Assembly: GCA_049511795.1 (NCBI GenBank)
Contig: JBEKXS010000001.1
Coordinates: 321,497-385,496, forward strand
Source: Candidatus Pacearchaeota archaeon
Lineage (GTDB): Archaea > Nanobdellota > Nanobdellia > Pacearchaeales > GW2011-AR1
Direction of reading: 5' to 3'
DNA: 64,000 nucleotides
The notes beneath the pieces are model-generated. The model searched no databases. It saw nothing but the letters and a program-made list of their open reading frames with translations, and was not told where the DNA came from. Of this stretch, positions 1-9,589 are shown in pieces. A program made the translations under genes and the position numbers. Each line of letters opens with the position of its first letter. Position 1 is the stretch's first letter.

Positions 1-6
1 GTATGT

Positions 7-3000
7 TTGCAGATTGCAGAGGAAATTTCAAAACAAAAATTCTGCAAGTTTGCGAGCCTGAAGGAAGCAATAGAAGCAGGAGCGAGAACAGGAGTTGCAT
101 ACATAACTCTTGGAGTTGTTTCAAGTCCTATAGAAGGACTAACTGAAATAAAAATATGTAAAACAAGAGACGGAAAAGAATATCTTAGCCCTTATTATTC
201 AGGACCGATAAGAAGTGCAGGAGGTTCTGGTGCTGCTTTTTCTTTGGTTATTGTAGATTATCTGCGTGAATTGTTTGGATATAGTAAATATGACCCAACA
301 GAAGATGAAATAAAAAGAAGTGCTGTTGAATTGCATGATTATCATGAAAGAATTACAAATCTTCAATATATGCCAACAGATGATGAATCAAAATTCCTTG
401 CAGCAAATATTCCTGTTCAAATTAATGGAGAACCATCTGAAACCTTGGAAGTTTCAAACTACAAAAATCTTGAAAGGGTAGAAACGAATTTGCTTAGAGG
501 GGGGTTTTGCCTTGTTCTTGGAGAAGGAATTGCACAAAAAGCAAAAAAAATTGCAAGATACATTTCTTCATTAAAGAAAAAAGGATTTAAATTAAGCGAT
601 TGGGAATTTTTGGATGAATATGTAAAGCTTCATGAAAGAAGAGACATGGGAAAAACAGATGCCTCGCCAACATATATTCAAGACCTAGTTGCTGGAAGGC
701 CTGTTTTCGGGCATCCTTCTGAATCAGGAGCTTTCAGATTTAGATATGGCAGAGGAAGATCTTCTGGATTTAGTGCAACGTCAATTCATCCTGCAACAAT
801 GGAGATAACAGACGAATTTATTGCAATAGGAACACAACTTAAGATTGAAAAGCCGACGAAAGGCTGCATTGTCACTAGTTGTGATTCAATAGACGGTCCA
901 ATTGTCAAGCTTTACAATGGTTCTGTCAAAAAAATAAATACAAAAGAGGAGGCAAAGAAATTATATGCTGATGTTGAGGAAATAATCTATCTTGGAGACA
1001 TTCTTTTTCCATTTAGCGATGTTGCCAACAGGAATGCAAATCTTTTGAAGCCAGGATATGTCGAGGAATTCTGGAAATTAGAATTGAGGGAAAAAAATCC
1101 AGAGCTTGAGAAAACAACTGATCCATTTAAAATTGATTTTGAAAAAGCCATTGAAATAAGCAACAAAGAAAAGATTTCCCTTAATCCAAAATACATTTTT
1201 TATTGGACAGAGATATCAAAAGAGCAGCTTTTGAATTTGATAGACTGGCTTAAGCAGGGAAAAACAAGCAAGAAAATAATTCTTCCTTTCACAAAATCAG
1301 ACCAGGAGAAATTTGGCCATGGAAAAAGAGCGCTTGAACTTCTTGGCATTGAGCATGATTTTGTAATAGAACATGTCATAATAAACCAAGAGAACAGCAA
1401 GGCAATGCTTGCAAATCTTGGAACTGATTTTGAAATTGTTAATGAAGAAAAAGAGTTAAGGTGGGAATTTGAAGAATATTCTGAGAAAATCAAGAAAACA
1501 ATTTCTGAAAATCCTGATTTTGGTGTTTTGGAACTGATTAATTCTGCTTCCAAACTAAACATAAGAAACAAAGCAGGAGATTTTATCGGTGCGAGAATGG
1601 GAAGGCCAGAGAAAGCAAAATTAAGAAAGCTTACAGGCAGTCCAAACGTACTTTTTCCTGTTGGAGAAGAAGGAGGAAGATTAAGAAGCTTCCAGTCAGC
1701 TGTTGAAAACGGAAGTGTATCAAGTGTTTTCCCAATATATAAATGTGAAAAATGCAACAAGGAAACTATTTACAGAACATGCGAAACCTGTGGAGAAAAA
1801 AGCAGAAAAATGTTTTATTGTCCAGAATGCGGAATCAACAAAACAGAAAAATGTGAGCAGCATAAAAATTCTTACTCATACTCAAACAATTCAATAGACA
1901 TGAACTATTATTTTGAAAGTGCAAGAGAGAAACTTGGATTGTCAAGCGGAGAAATACCCCCGTTAATTAAAGGAGTAAGAGGAACAATGTCTGAAGGGCA
2001 TATTGTTGAAAATTTAAGCAAGGGAATTTTAAGAGCGATGTTTGACTTGCAAGTAAACAAAGATGGAACAATAAGATTTGATGCAACAGAAATGCCCTTA
2101 GTTGCTTTCAAGCCAAAAGAAATAGGAGTTAGTGTTGAAAAATTACGGGAAATTGGTTATGACAAAGATATTAACGGGGAAGAACTTGTTAATGATAATC
2201 AGATTTTGGAATTAATGCCACATGATATTCTTCTTCCAAGCTCTCCTGAATCGCCAGATGGAAGAGCTGATGATATTTTCATGAGAATATGCCATTTTGT
2301 CGATGATATGCTTGTAAAGCTTTACAGGATGGAACCTATTTACAATGTCAGGAAAAGAGAAGATTTAGTTGGTAAAATTGGTGTTTGTATTGCGCCACAT
2401 AATTGTGCAGGTGTTGTTTGCAGGATTATTGGATTTTCAAATACTTTAGGAATGTTTGCAAGTCCATTCATGCACGCTGCAATCAGAAGAGACTGCGATG
2501 GTGATGAAGCAGCTATAATGCTTTTGGGAGATGTCTTGATAAATTTCTCAAGGGAATTTCTCCCACAGCACAGAGGAGGAAATCAGGATTCGCCACTTGT
2601 CCTTAATGCAAAGATTGACGCAGGAGAAGTTGATGACCAAATAATGGATTTCGAGCTTGTCAAGGAATACCCTATTGAATTATACAGGCTTGCAGAAGAA
2701 AGGAAACACTCTTCTGAAGTTTCAATTAAAGATGTAAGAAAAGCTTTGAAAAATGGAGACGATCCATTCCAAAACATTTTCTTTACGCATAACACAGAGA
2801 ATATCAATGATGGAGTTGCATGCTCAAGCTACAAACTTTTGGAAACAATGCAAGACAAGGTAAATCACCAAATGGAGCTTGTTGAAAAAATAAGGGCTGC
2901 AAACACAAGCGAGACAGCAAGGCTCATAATTGAAAGACATTTCTTGAGAGACATGAGAGGAAACCTGAGAAAATTTTCGATGCAGGAATTTAGGTGTGTT

Positions 3001-3243
3001 GCATGCAATGAGATAATGAGAAGGCCTCCCCTAACAGGTTTTTGCCCAAAATGCGGAGGAAGAGTAATTTTCACGACAAATGAAGGCGGAATCAAAAAAT
3101 ATCTTGAACCTGCTTTGAACCTCGCAAAAAAATATAATCTATCTTCTTACATAAAACAGTCTTTGGAACTGACAAAAAGACAGATTGACTCTCTTTTTGG
3201 AAAAGAAATAGAATCACAAGAAAATCTTGGTAGGTGGTTCTAA
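7..3243 (+). CDS. polC: DNA polymerase II (PolD) large subunit DP2, N-terminus truncated by window edge
   Basis: 1078-aa ORF open to window start; conserved archaeal DP2 blocks; C-terminal CxxC zinc clusters (CEKCNKE..CETCG; CVACNE..CPKCGG); no intein-sized insertion. Confidence 0.9.
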   Translation: MQIAEEISKQKFCKFASLKEAIEAGARTGVAYITLGVVSSPIEGLTEIKICKTRDGKEYLSPYYSGPIRSAGGSGAAFSLVIVDYLRELFGYSKYDPTEDEIKRSAVELHDYHERITNLQYMPTDDESKFLAANIPVQINGEPSETLEVSNYKNLERVETNLLRGGFCLVLGEGIAQKAKKIARYISSLKKKGFKLSDWEFLDEYVKLHERRDMGKTDASPTYIQDLVAGRPVFGHPSESGAFRFRYGRGRSSGFSATSIHPATMEITDEFIAIGTQLKIEKPTKGCIVTSCDSIDGPIVKLYNGSVKKINTKEEAKKLYADVEEIIYLGDILFPFSDVANRNANLLKPGYVEEFWKLELREKNPELEKTTDPFKIDFEKAIEISNKEKISLNPKYIFYWTEISKEQLLNLIDWLKQGKTSKKIILPFTKSDQEKFGHGKRALELLGIEHDFVIEHVIINQENSKAMLANLGTDFEIVNEEKELRWEFEEYSEKIKKTISENPDFGVLELINSASKLNIRNKAGDFIGARMGRPEKAKLRKLTGSPNVLFPVGEEGGRLRSFQSAVENGSVSSVFPIYKCEKCNKETIYRTCETCGEKSRKMFYCPECGINKTEKCEQHKNSYSYSNNSIDMNYYFESAREKLGLSSGEIPPLIKGVRGTMSEGHIVENLSKGILRAMFDLQVNKDGTIRFDATEMPLVAFKPKEIGVSVEKLREIGYDKDINGEELVNDNQILELMPHDILLPSSPESPDGRADDIFMRICHFVDDMLVKLYRMEPIYNVRKREDLVGKIGVCIAPHNCAGVVCRIIGFSNTLGMFASPFMHAAIRRDCDGDEAAIMLLGDVLINFSREFLPQHRGGNQDSPLVLNAKIDAGEVDDQIMDFELVKEYPIELYRLAEERKHSSEVSIKDVRKALKNGDDPFQNIFFTHNTENINDGVACSSYKLLETMQDKVNHQMELVEKIRAANTSETARLIIERHFLRDMRGNLRKFSMQEFRCVACNEIMRRPPLTGFCPKCGGRVIFTTNEGGIKKYLEPALNLAKKYNLSSYIKQSLELTKRQIDSLFGKEIESQENLGRWF

Positions 3244-3247
3244 ATGT

Positions 3248-3757
3248 TCATCGCTGACAACCTGAGGAGCTTCCTCCCCACCAATCCACATCATAATTAG
3301 AATTAATTCCATCAATTTCCCATTGGCCTCCTATTTTTCGTACTGAAGAATCGAAACCAAGTTTATAGTCAACTTCACCCTGATTAGTATTAGGTACAAA
3401 TTGATAATAGTCTGTATTTCCCACCACCTCTCCATATCCTCTAGCTAAATCATCATCAGTCATCCAAACTTCAATACGAAAGATATCATCATACGATTGT
3501 CCACCTAAGTCCCAAATTTGTTTGTGAACTTTTGTTCTTCCCTCGCAATTCGAGCCAGGAACACAGTAGGACATAGCTCCTGCAAAATCTCGAGCAATTA
3601 ATCTTTCTGACCAAGAATGATATGTACTAACAATTTTTTGGCATTCACTTTTTAAAGGATCTTCTGGAGGGGGACTAGTAGACTCACTACCTTTACACCC
3701 TAAAGTAAAGGAACCTATTAAACCAACTCCTACAAATAATTTTTGTGCTAAATTCAT
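3248..3757 (-). CDS. hypothetical secreted lipoprotein (signal peptide with lipobox-like LGC)
   Basis: N-terminal hydrophobic stretch followed by TLGCKGS; Cys/Gly/Trp-rich mature part; locally GC-richer than neighbours by eye. Confidence 0.45.
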   Translation of the reverse strand: MNLAQKLFVGVGLIGSFTLGCKGSESTSPPPEDPLKSECQKIVSTYHSWSERLIARDFAGAMSYCVPGSNCEGRTKVHKQIWDLGGQSYDDIFRIEVWMTDDDLARGYGEVVGNTDYYQFVPNTNQGEVDYKLGFDSSVRKIGGQWEIDGINSNYDVDWWGGSSSGCQR

Positions 3758-3844
3758 TTTTTATCAAGTCTATTTTAGTTTAAATAAACTATTGCATTAG
3801 ATTATGTATAAAACAAAAACATTTAATAATTCTTAACTTTTTAT

Positions 3845-4879
3845 GTGATAATGAATACAGGTCTAACCATCGACGAAAAATTTGAGCTGATTAAGAGAAA
3901 TACAGAGGAAATTGTTACTGAAAAAGAATTGAAATATCTTCTTACAAAAAAAGAAAAGCCAGTTGTTTATCTTGGCACAGCAATAACCGGAAAACCACAT
4001 ATAGCCTATTTTACCTGGGTTTTAAAATTGGCTGATTTTTTAAGAGCAGGATTTAAAGTTAAAATTCTTTTGGCTGATTTGCATGGTGCTTTAGATAATA
4101 CTCCATGGCTTGTTCTTGAAAAAAGATATGATTACTACAAAAAAATAATTCCATTAATATTTGAGGCAGTAGGAGTTAATACAAAAAATCTGGAATTTGT
4201 TAAAGGAAGCGAATTTGAATTAAAACCAGAGTATATGTATGATGTTTTGCAGGTTTCTTCTATGGCTTCCATACATGATCTTAGGAAAGCGGCATCAGAA
4301 GTTGTTAAAATGGGAGACAACCCCAAACTTTCTGGATTTATTTATCCTATAATGCAAGCTTTAGATGAACAATACCTTGGAGTTGACATTCAATATGGTG
4401 GTGCTGACCAAAGGAAAATTTTTATGTTTGCAAGAGAATACCTTCCTAAAATTGGATATAATAGAAGAATAGAGATAATGACACCAATTATTCCAGGTCT
4501 TATTGGAAAAAAAATGTCTGCTTCTGACCCCAAATCAAAAATAGACTTGCTTGATGATGAAAAAACAATAAAATCAAAGATACAAGGAGCAGAATGTGTT
4601 GCAGGAAACCCAGACAATGGATTAATAGCTTTCCTAAAATATGTAATTATGACAATAAAAAAAGACAAAAATGAGAATTTTGTTATAAAAAGAAAAAAAG
4701 AGCATGGTGGAGACAAGATTTATGATAACTATGAGGAAATTGAGAAAGATTTTGTTGATAAAAAAATTCATCCCCTTGATTTGAAGAATAGTGTTGCTGA
4801 GGAAATCACTGAATTGTTAAAACCAATACAAAAACATAGAGCAGAACTTGAAAAACTTGCAGAAAAAGCTTATTCTTAA
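3845..4879 (+). CDS. tyrS: tyrosyl-tRNA synthetase (archaeal type)
   Basis: Class I aaRS HIGH-like motif (PHIAY) and KMSKS-like motif (KMSAS); length and block order of archaeal TyrRS. Confidence 0.88.
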   Translation: MIMNTGLTIDEKFELIKRNTEEIVTEKELKYLLTKKEKPVVYLGTAITGKPHIAYFTWVLKLADFLRAGFKVKILLADLHGALDNTPWLVLEKRYDYYKKIIPLIFEAVGVNTKNLEFVKGSEFELKPEYMYDVLQVSSMASIHDLRKAASEVVKMGDNPKLSGFIYPIMQALDEQYLGVDIQYGGADQRKIFMFAREYLPKIGYNRRIEIMTPIIPGLIGKKMSASDPKSKIDLLDDEKTIKSKIQGAECVAGNPDNGLIAFLKYVIMTIKKDKNENFVIKRKKEHGGDKIYDNYEEIEKDFVDKKIHPLDLKNSVAEEITELLKPIQKHRAELEKLAEKAYS

Positions 4880-5788
4880 TTAATGAGTCTTGAATTCAAT
4901 CACATCCAAGTCTTTAAGCCCGTGATTCAAACCAACAATTTGCCCTGGAAATTTTGAACTTGGGCCCCAGATTCTTGTTTCCTTAACTTTTGTTGTTGTT
5001 TTGAAGATTTTTTCTGCAACATTCTTGACAGTTGTACTTGGATTGAAAATAAAAGGCTTTTCTGATTTATCTTTTCCTGGTTCCTTCGTGAAAATTCTTA
5101 TTTTTCCAAAACTTTTGAAAATCTTTTCCTTAAGCTGCTCCAAACCTTCACCTGTTTCTGTGTTTATTATCAAAGGCTCAATTTTTCTTGTTTTCATTGT
5201 TGCTTCAAGCTTTCTTAAGTCTGTATTTTTATCCATTACATTAAAAACAATAATTTTTTTCCCCACTGAACTTTGCAACTCCTCCTCTATTTCATTTATT
5301 TGCTCAAGACTATTTACAAGAAGAATAATTGAGTCAGCACTATTGACAAGGCCACGATCATAAAATTCTGATTTTACAGGCGGAACTTCAATAATTTGAA
5401 TATTGACACCCGAATATTTCATGATTCCAATAACTGGATTTTTTGTTGCAAAATGATAAGGATTTATTTCTGGAGATGCATTTGTAAGTTGGGAAAGGAG
5501 ACTTGATTTTCCTGAATTTGTCAAGCCGACAATAACTGCCTGCATATCTTCTTTTTTTATTCCCTGTTTACCCTTTCTTGCTTTTTTTGACTTTTCCTGC
5601 TGCTCTAGGAATTTTTTCAGCCTTGCCCTTAATTGCGCCCTTAAGTTTTCTCCTCCTTTATGTTTTGGAGCCACAGAAATCATTTTTTTGAGCTTCTCAA
5701 TTTTCTCTTCCTGCGTTTGGGCCATCAAATATTCTTTTTGGGCAGCCATGTATTCAGGATGTGCATTTATTGGCATTTTAAGGTACAA
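4880..5788 (-). CDS. DRG/Obg-family GTPase with C-terminal TGS domain (shortened)
   Basis: P-loop GLTNSGKSSLL; DRG-like N-terminal helical region; TGS-like C-terminus (IRIFTKEPG...DVIEF). Confidence 0.7.
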   Translation of the reverse strand: MYLKMPINAHPEYMAAQKEYLMAQTQEEKIEKLKKMISVAPKHKGGENLRAQLRARLKKFLEQQEKSKKARKGKQGIKKEDMQAVIVGLTNSGKSSLLSQLTNASPEINPYHFATKNPVIGIMKYSGVNIQIIEVPPVKSEFYDRGLVNSADSIILLVNSLEQINEIEEELQSSVGKKIIVFNVMDKNTDLRKLEATMKTRKIEPLIINTETGEGLEQLKEKIFKSFGKIRIFTKEPGKDKSEKPFIFNPSTTVKNVAEKIFKTTTKVKETRIWGPSSKFPGQIVGLNHGLKDLDVIEFKTH

Positions 5789-5817
5789 CTTTTAAACACA
5801 AAGAACTTAAAAATTTA

Positions 5818-6585
5818 ATGAAGCAAGAATTGTACCAAAAGATAGTTTCAAAGAAAGAATTTTCCCAGCTTCCTGAAGAAGATGTTGAAAAAGCATTTTC
5901 CCACTTTGAAAAAAGGCAGACAAGCGAGGAGGAGAAAATAAGGCTTACAAGGGAGCTTTTACACAAAGTTTTCGGTGCATTTCTAAGCAAAAAACTTCTT
6001 AGCCTGAAAAGTAAGGATGAAGAATGGATTTTGAGAAAACATCTTTCAACAAGGGAAAGACTTGAATTTTACAATGAACTTTACAAAAAACTGCTGAAGG
6101 GACTTGGTAAAAAAATAAGTGTTATTGATTTAGGAGCAGGTGTTAATGGTTTTTCTTACAAAATGTTCAAAAAAGTTGGTTTTGATGTGAACTACATAGG
6201 AGTTGAAGCTATAGGTCAGCTAGTAAACCAAATGAATAAATATTTTAAGAAAAATTTGCTGAATGCCAAAGCAATACACCTTAGCTTGTTTAATTTGGGC
6301 AAACTGAGGGAAATTATTAGCAAAACAAAAACATCAAGAGTTATTTTTTTGTTCAAAGTTGTTGATTCTTTAGAAATGCTTGATAGAGATTATTCAAAAA
6401 ATCTTATTTTAGAAACATCTAAACTTGCTGATAGAACTGTTGTAAGCTTTGCAACAGAAAGCATGATAAAAAGGAAAAGATTTGCTGCAAAAAGAACATG
6501 GCTTATTGATTTTCTTGAAAAGAATTTTGAAATCCTTGATGACTTTGAAATTGGTCATGAAAGATATATTGTTTTCAGAAGGTAA
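5818..6585 (+). CDS. FmrO/ArmA/RmtB-like 16S rRNA (m7G1405-type) methyltransferase homolog
   Basis: Block-wise similarity to Rmt family: HLSTRERLEFYNELY (cf. HASTKERL..LY), SAM motif I VIDLGAGVNG, VIFLFKVVDSLE, VVSFATES, C-terminal FEILDDFEIGHERYIVF. Confidence 0.6.
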   Translation: MKQELYQKIVSKKEFSQLPEEDVEKAFSHFEKRQTSEEEKIRLTRELLHKVFGAFLSKKLLSLKSKDEEWILRKHLSTRERLEFYNELYKKLLKGLGKKISVIDLGAGVNGFSYKMFKKVGFDVNYIGVEAIGQLVNQMNKYFKKNLLNAKAIHLSLFNLGKLREIISKTKTSRVIFLFKVVDSLEMLDRDYSKNLILETSKLADRTVVSFATESMIKRKRFAAKRTWLIDFLEKNFEILDDFEIGHERYIVFRR

Positions 6586-6611
6586 AACTTTATATATAAC
6601 TTTTATTTTTA

Positions 6612-6821
6612 TTGAGCATAATGGCACAGAATCCGATGCAACCAATGCAACAACCTGTTCAACAGCAACCAGCACAAATGCCTCAGCCTAACCCACAACA
6701 GCCAATGCAGATGGGGCAGCCAATGCCTGAGCAAAAGAAAGGTGGATGGATGAAATGGTTATTTATTATTCTGGGAATAGCAATTGTTGTTGGGCTTCTC
6801 TTTGTTTTAAAGATAATTTGA
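6612..6821 (+). CDS. small Q/P/M-rich protein with C-terminal transmembrane anchor
   Basis: Low-complexity QPMQ repeats then WLFIILGIAIVVGLLFVL helix. Confidence 0.35.
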   Translation: MSIMAQNPMQPMQQPVQQQPAQMPQPNPQQPMQMGQPMPEQKKGGWMKWLFIILGIAIVVGLLFVLKII

Positions 6822-6880
6822 ACATTCTGTTTTTTAGTTATATAATTAATCTTTAAATAGCTGCAAATATTATTTGTAAA

Positions 6881-8089
6881 ATGTATGGAAAATATTACAA
6901 GAAAAGAATTAGGAACGGAATGACTGTTATATTTGAAAAAAGAAGCCTTCCAGTAATCAGTGTTGCGTTTGCAGTAAAAACAGGGGGAGTAAATGAATCT
7001 GAGGAAGAAAAAGGGATATCTCATTTCATTGAGCACCTTTTGTACAAAGGAACTCCAAAAAGAAATGCTCAGATGATTGCAGAAGAAATTGAAAAAAACG
7101 GCGGAATCCTTAACGGATTCACAGACCAAGAACTGACCGCTTACTGGTGCAAAATGCCTTCTTCAAAACTGAATATTGCCCTTGAAGTCCTTGGAGACAT
7201 GGTAAAAAATCCTCTTTTTGACGAGAAAGAAATAGAGAAGGAGAGAAAAGTAATTTTTGAGGAAATAAAAATGTACAATGACAGCCCGCATTTGCATGCA
7301 ATTGATGAGATACATAGAAACTTGTATAAAAAACCGTTTGGATCTGCCTTAATAGGTACAGAAAAAACACTTGGAGCCATGACGAGGAAAAAGATTCTTA
7401 CAAGATTCAAAAAGATATACCAGCCAAACAATATGATTTTATGTGTTGTAGGAGACGCTGATTTTAAAGACATTATTTCTTTTGCAGAAAAGAATTTTGG
7501 AAAAACAAAAGGCCAAAACCCAAAATTCCAGATTTTAAAAACAAATAGTTCAAGAACAGAAAAAAGAAAAGGAATAGACCAGGCAAATATTGTCTTTGCA
7601 TACCATGTTCCGCTTGCAAGAGACAAAAAAAGCTATTCTGCATTTGTTTTGAACACTCTGATGGCAGGTGGCATGTCTTCGAGATTATTCCATGAAATAA
7701 GGGAAAAAAGGAACCTTGCATATTCTGTTCAGGGAGAATCTCATTTTTCTAGGAATTTTGCATATAACTTGATTTATGTAGGAACCAAGAAAGAAAATAT
7801 TGACCAAATAAAAGAAATAGTGCTAAAAGAATTTGAAAAAATATCGAAAGAGATTCCAGAAAAAGAATTTGCGCAAGTGAAGGAGCAAATAATTGGAAAT
7901 TATCAAATTTCCTTTGAAGATTCAAACAATCAGATGACAAATCTAATTCTTAATGAAATCAATGGAGACGCAAAAGAAACATATGAATTAGAGAAAAAAA
8001 TAAGAGCTGTCAAATTAAAAGATGTAAAAAAAATGGCAGGAAAAGTCAGGGGAAAGAATTACAGTTTCTTTGCGCTTGTGCCAGAATGA
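6881..8089 (+). CDS. M16-family zinc peptidase (insulinase/pitrilysin-like)
   Basis: Inverted zinc motif HFIEH (HxxEH) near N-terminus; M16 fold-length N-domain. Confidence 0.75.
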   Translation: MYGKYYKKRIRNGMTVIFEKRSLPVISVAFAVKTGGVNESEEEKGISHFIEHLLYKGTPKRNAQMIAEEIEKNGGILNGFTDQELTAYWCKMPSSKLNIALEVLGDMVKNPLFDEKEIEKERKVIFEEIKMYNDSPHLHAIDEIHRNLYKKPFGSALIGTEKTLGAMTRKKILTRFKKIYQPNNMILCVVGDADFKDIISFAEKNFGKTKGQNPKFQILKTNSSRTEKRKGIDQANIVFAYHVPLARDKKSYSAFVLNTLMAGGMSSRLFHEIREKRNLAYSVQGESHFSRNFAYNLIYVGTKKENIDQIKEIVLKEFEKISKEIPEKEFAQVKEQIIGNYQISFEDSNNQMTNLILNEINGDAKETYELEKKIRAVKLKDVKKMAGKVRGKNYSFFALVPE

Positions 8090-8122
8090 TAAACTTATAA
8101 ATAAATCCTTCTCCAAAAAAAT

Positions 8123-8926
8123 ATGTTCATTGTCAAAGTTCCTGGTGTGAATGGAAATGGAAAGACAAAAGGCTGCGAGAAAGCTGGAAATGCAGTAATT
8201 GAAGCTTTGAAAGACATTCATAGTAATGAACAGGGAAAACTAGTTGATGTTAAATTGCTTGATTTAGAGGAAATACATTTTGATAACAATGACCTTAAAC
8301 TGACAAACAAACTTATTTATGAAAATGCACTTGAAACTTTCGAAGAAAAACCCAAAACAATATTTTTAGGTGGGGACCAGTCAATAAGCGGATCACTCGG
8401 AAGAGCTTTTCTGAAACGGTGCAGAGATTCAGGCAATGAACCTTGCTTAATTGTCTTTGATTCAAGACCAAACTGCTTAAGTTTAAAGTCAGATTTTCCA
8501 AATAATGTAACCTGGCTTAGAAATCTAGTTGAAAATGGTTTTCCTGGTGTAAATGTACTATTAGTTGGTGTAAGAGCTCTGGAAAGCCAAGAAATTGAAT
8601 TTTTGAATAAAAACAAGATAAGAAATATTAACATTAACCAATTGATGAACAATTTGGATGATACATGCGATACTATAATGGAATTTTCTTATGGAAAAGA
8701 GCTTTACCTTTCAATTGATCTTGGAATTGTTGACCCTGTATTTGTACCTGCAACAACTTTTCAGGATTCTGGCGGGCTTAGTTCTAGGCAAATCATTTAT
8801 CTTATTCAAAGAATAAACAAAATAAAGAACCTTAAGGCAGTTGATTTGGTTGAAATAAATCCTGAAAAAGAAGGTGGAGATGTTACTGTTAGATTAGGGG
8901 CAAAAATTCTTTCTGAGCTACTTTAA
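8123..8926 (+). CDS. arginase/agmatinase-fold (ureohydrolase) protein with degenerate metal-binding motifs
   Basis: Third ureohydrolase motif well conserved (SIDLGIVDPVFVPATTFQDSGGLSSRQ...VDLVEINP) but GGDHS->GGDQS and DAHxD->DSRPN. Confidence 0.65.
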   Translation: MFIVKVPGVNGNGKTKGCEKAGNAVIEALKDIHSNEQGKLVDVKLLDLEEIHFDNNDLKLTNKLIYENALETFEEKPKTIFLGGDQSISGSLGRAFLKRCRDSGNEPCLIVFDSRPNCLSLKSDFPNNVTWLRNLVENGFPGVNVLLVGVRALESQEIEFLNKNKIRNININQLMNNLDDTCDTIMEFSYGKELYLSIDLGIVDPVFVPATTFQDSGGLSSRQIIYLIQRINKIKNLKAVDLVEINPEKEGGDVTVRLGAKILSELL

Positions 8927-8965
8927 ATTAGTATAATTTATAAATTTCATTTATTTTTTTCCTTT

Positions 8966-9589
8966 ATGAACAAAAAACTTTTGATGCTGATTTTTTCAGA
9001 CCTTTTCATATTAAGCGGCTTTGGATTAATTAGCCCTATTTTTGCAGTATACCTAAATAGTGATCTTGTAGGAGGAAGTTTAGTTGCAATAGGATTGGCA
9101 TCAGCAATTTTTCTTATTGTAAAATGTGCAATACAATTGCCTTTATCAAAATACTTTATTGACAAGCACGACCATAAATCTGTCTTTGTTGTTGTTGGAA
9201 CAATTTTGATTGTCAGTGTTCCCTTTATTTATATGTTTGCTAAAAATATTAGTACAATATATATTGCTCAGGCAATTTATGGTGTTGGTGCCGCACTTGA
9301 CTATCCTGCATGGTTCAGCTTGTTCACAATATATATGGACAAAAAACATAGAGGATATGAATACACTGTTTATACCACTTTGATAGGAATAGGAACAGCC
9401 TTCGCGGCTTATTTCGGAGCAAATATAGCTGCTTTGCTTGGTTTTAAAACACTTTTTTTAGTTGTCGGAATAGTTTCATTCATAGGTTTATTATTCCTAA
9501 TTGCCCTTTATCAAATGGAATTACATAAGGCACGTTCAGGTCTTTTCCCAAATCATCCTTTCAATAAACTGACAAAATGGGTTTTTTAA
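8966..9589 (+). CDS. hypothetical polytopic membrane protein
   Basis: 5-6 predicted hydrophobic helices; no recognisable motifs. Confidence 0.4.
   Translation: MNKKLLMLIFSDLFILSGFGLISPIFAVYLNSDLVGGSLVAIGLASAIFLIVKCAIQLPLSKYFIDKHDHKSVFVVVGTILIVSVPFIYMFAKNISTIYIAQAIYGVGAALDYPAWFSLFTIYMDKKHRGYEYTVYTTLIGIGTAFAAYFGANIAALLGFKTLFLVVGIVSFIGLLFLIALYQMELHKARSGLFPNHPFNKLTKWVF

Noticed and set aside
1200-1760. 186-aa ORF (and several others of 60-110 aa) antisense to polD, tyrS, SRP54, FtsY, the pilus ATPase and the giant protein gene
   Set aside because: These are typical shadow ORFs inside long conserved genes, with no motifs and hydrophobic or low-complexity products. This group includes 4390-4716, 17636-17971, 47931-48290, 54701-55036 and 59952-60377.
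7-3243. Possible intein in the PolD large subunit
   Set aside because: The ORF is of ordinary DP2 length with no inserted block bearing Hint or endonuclease motifs.
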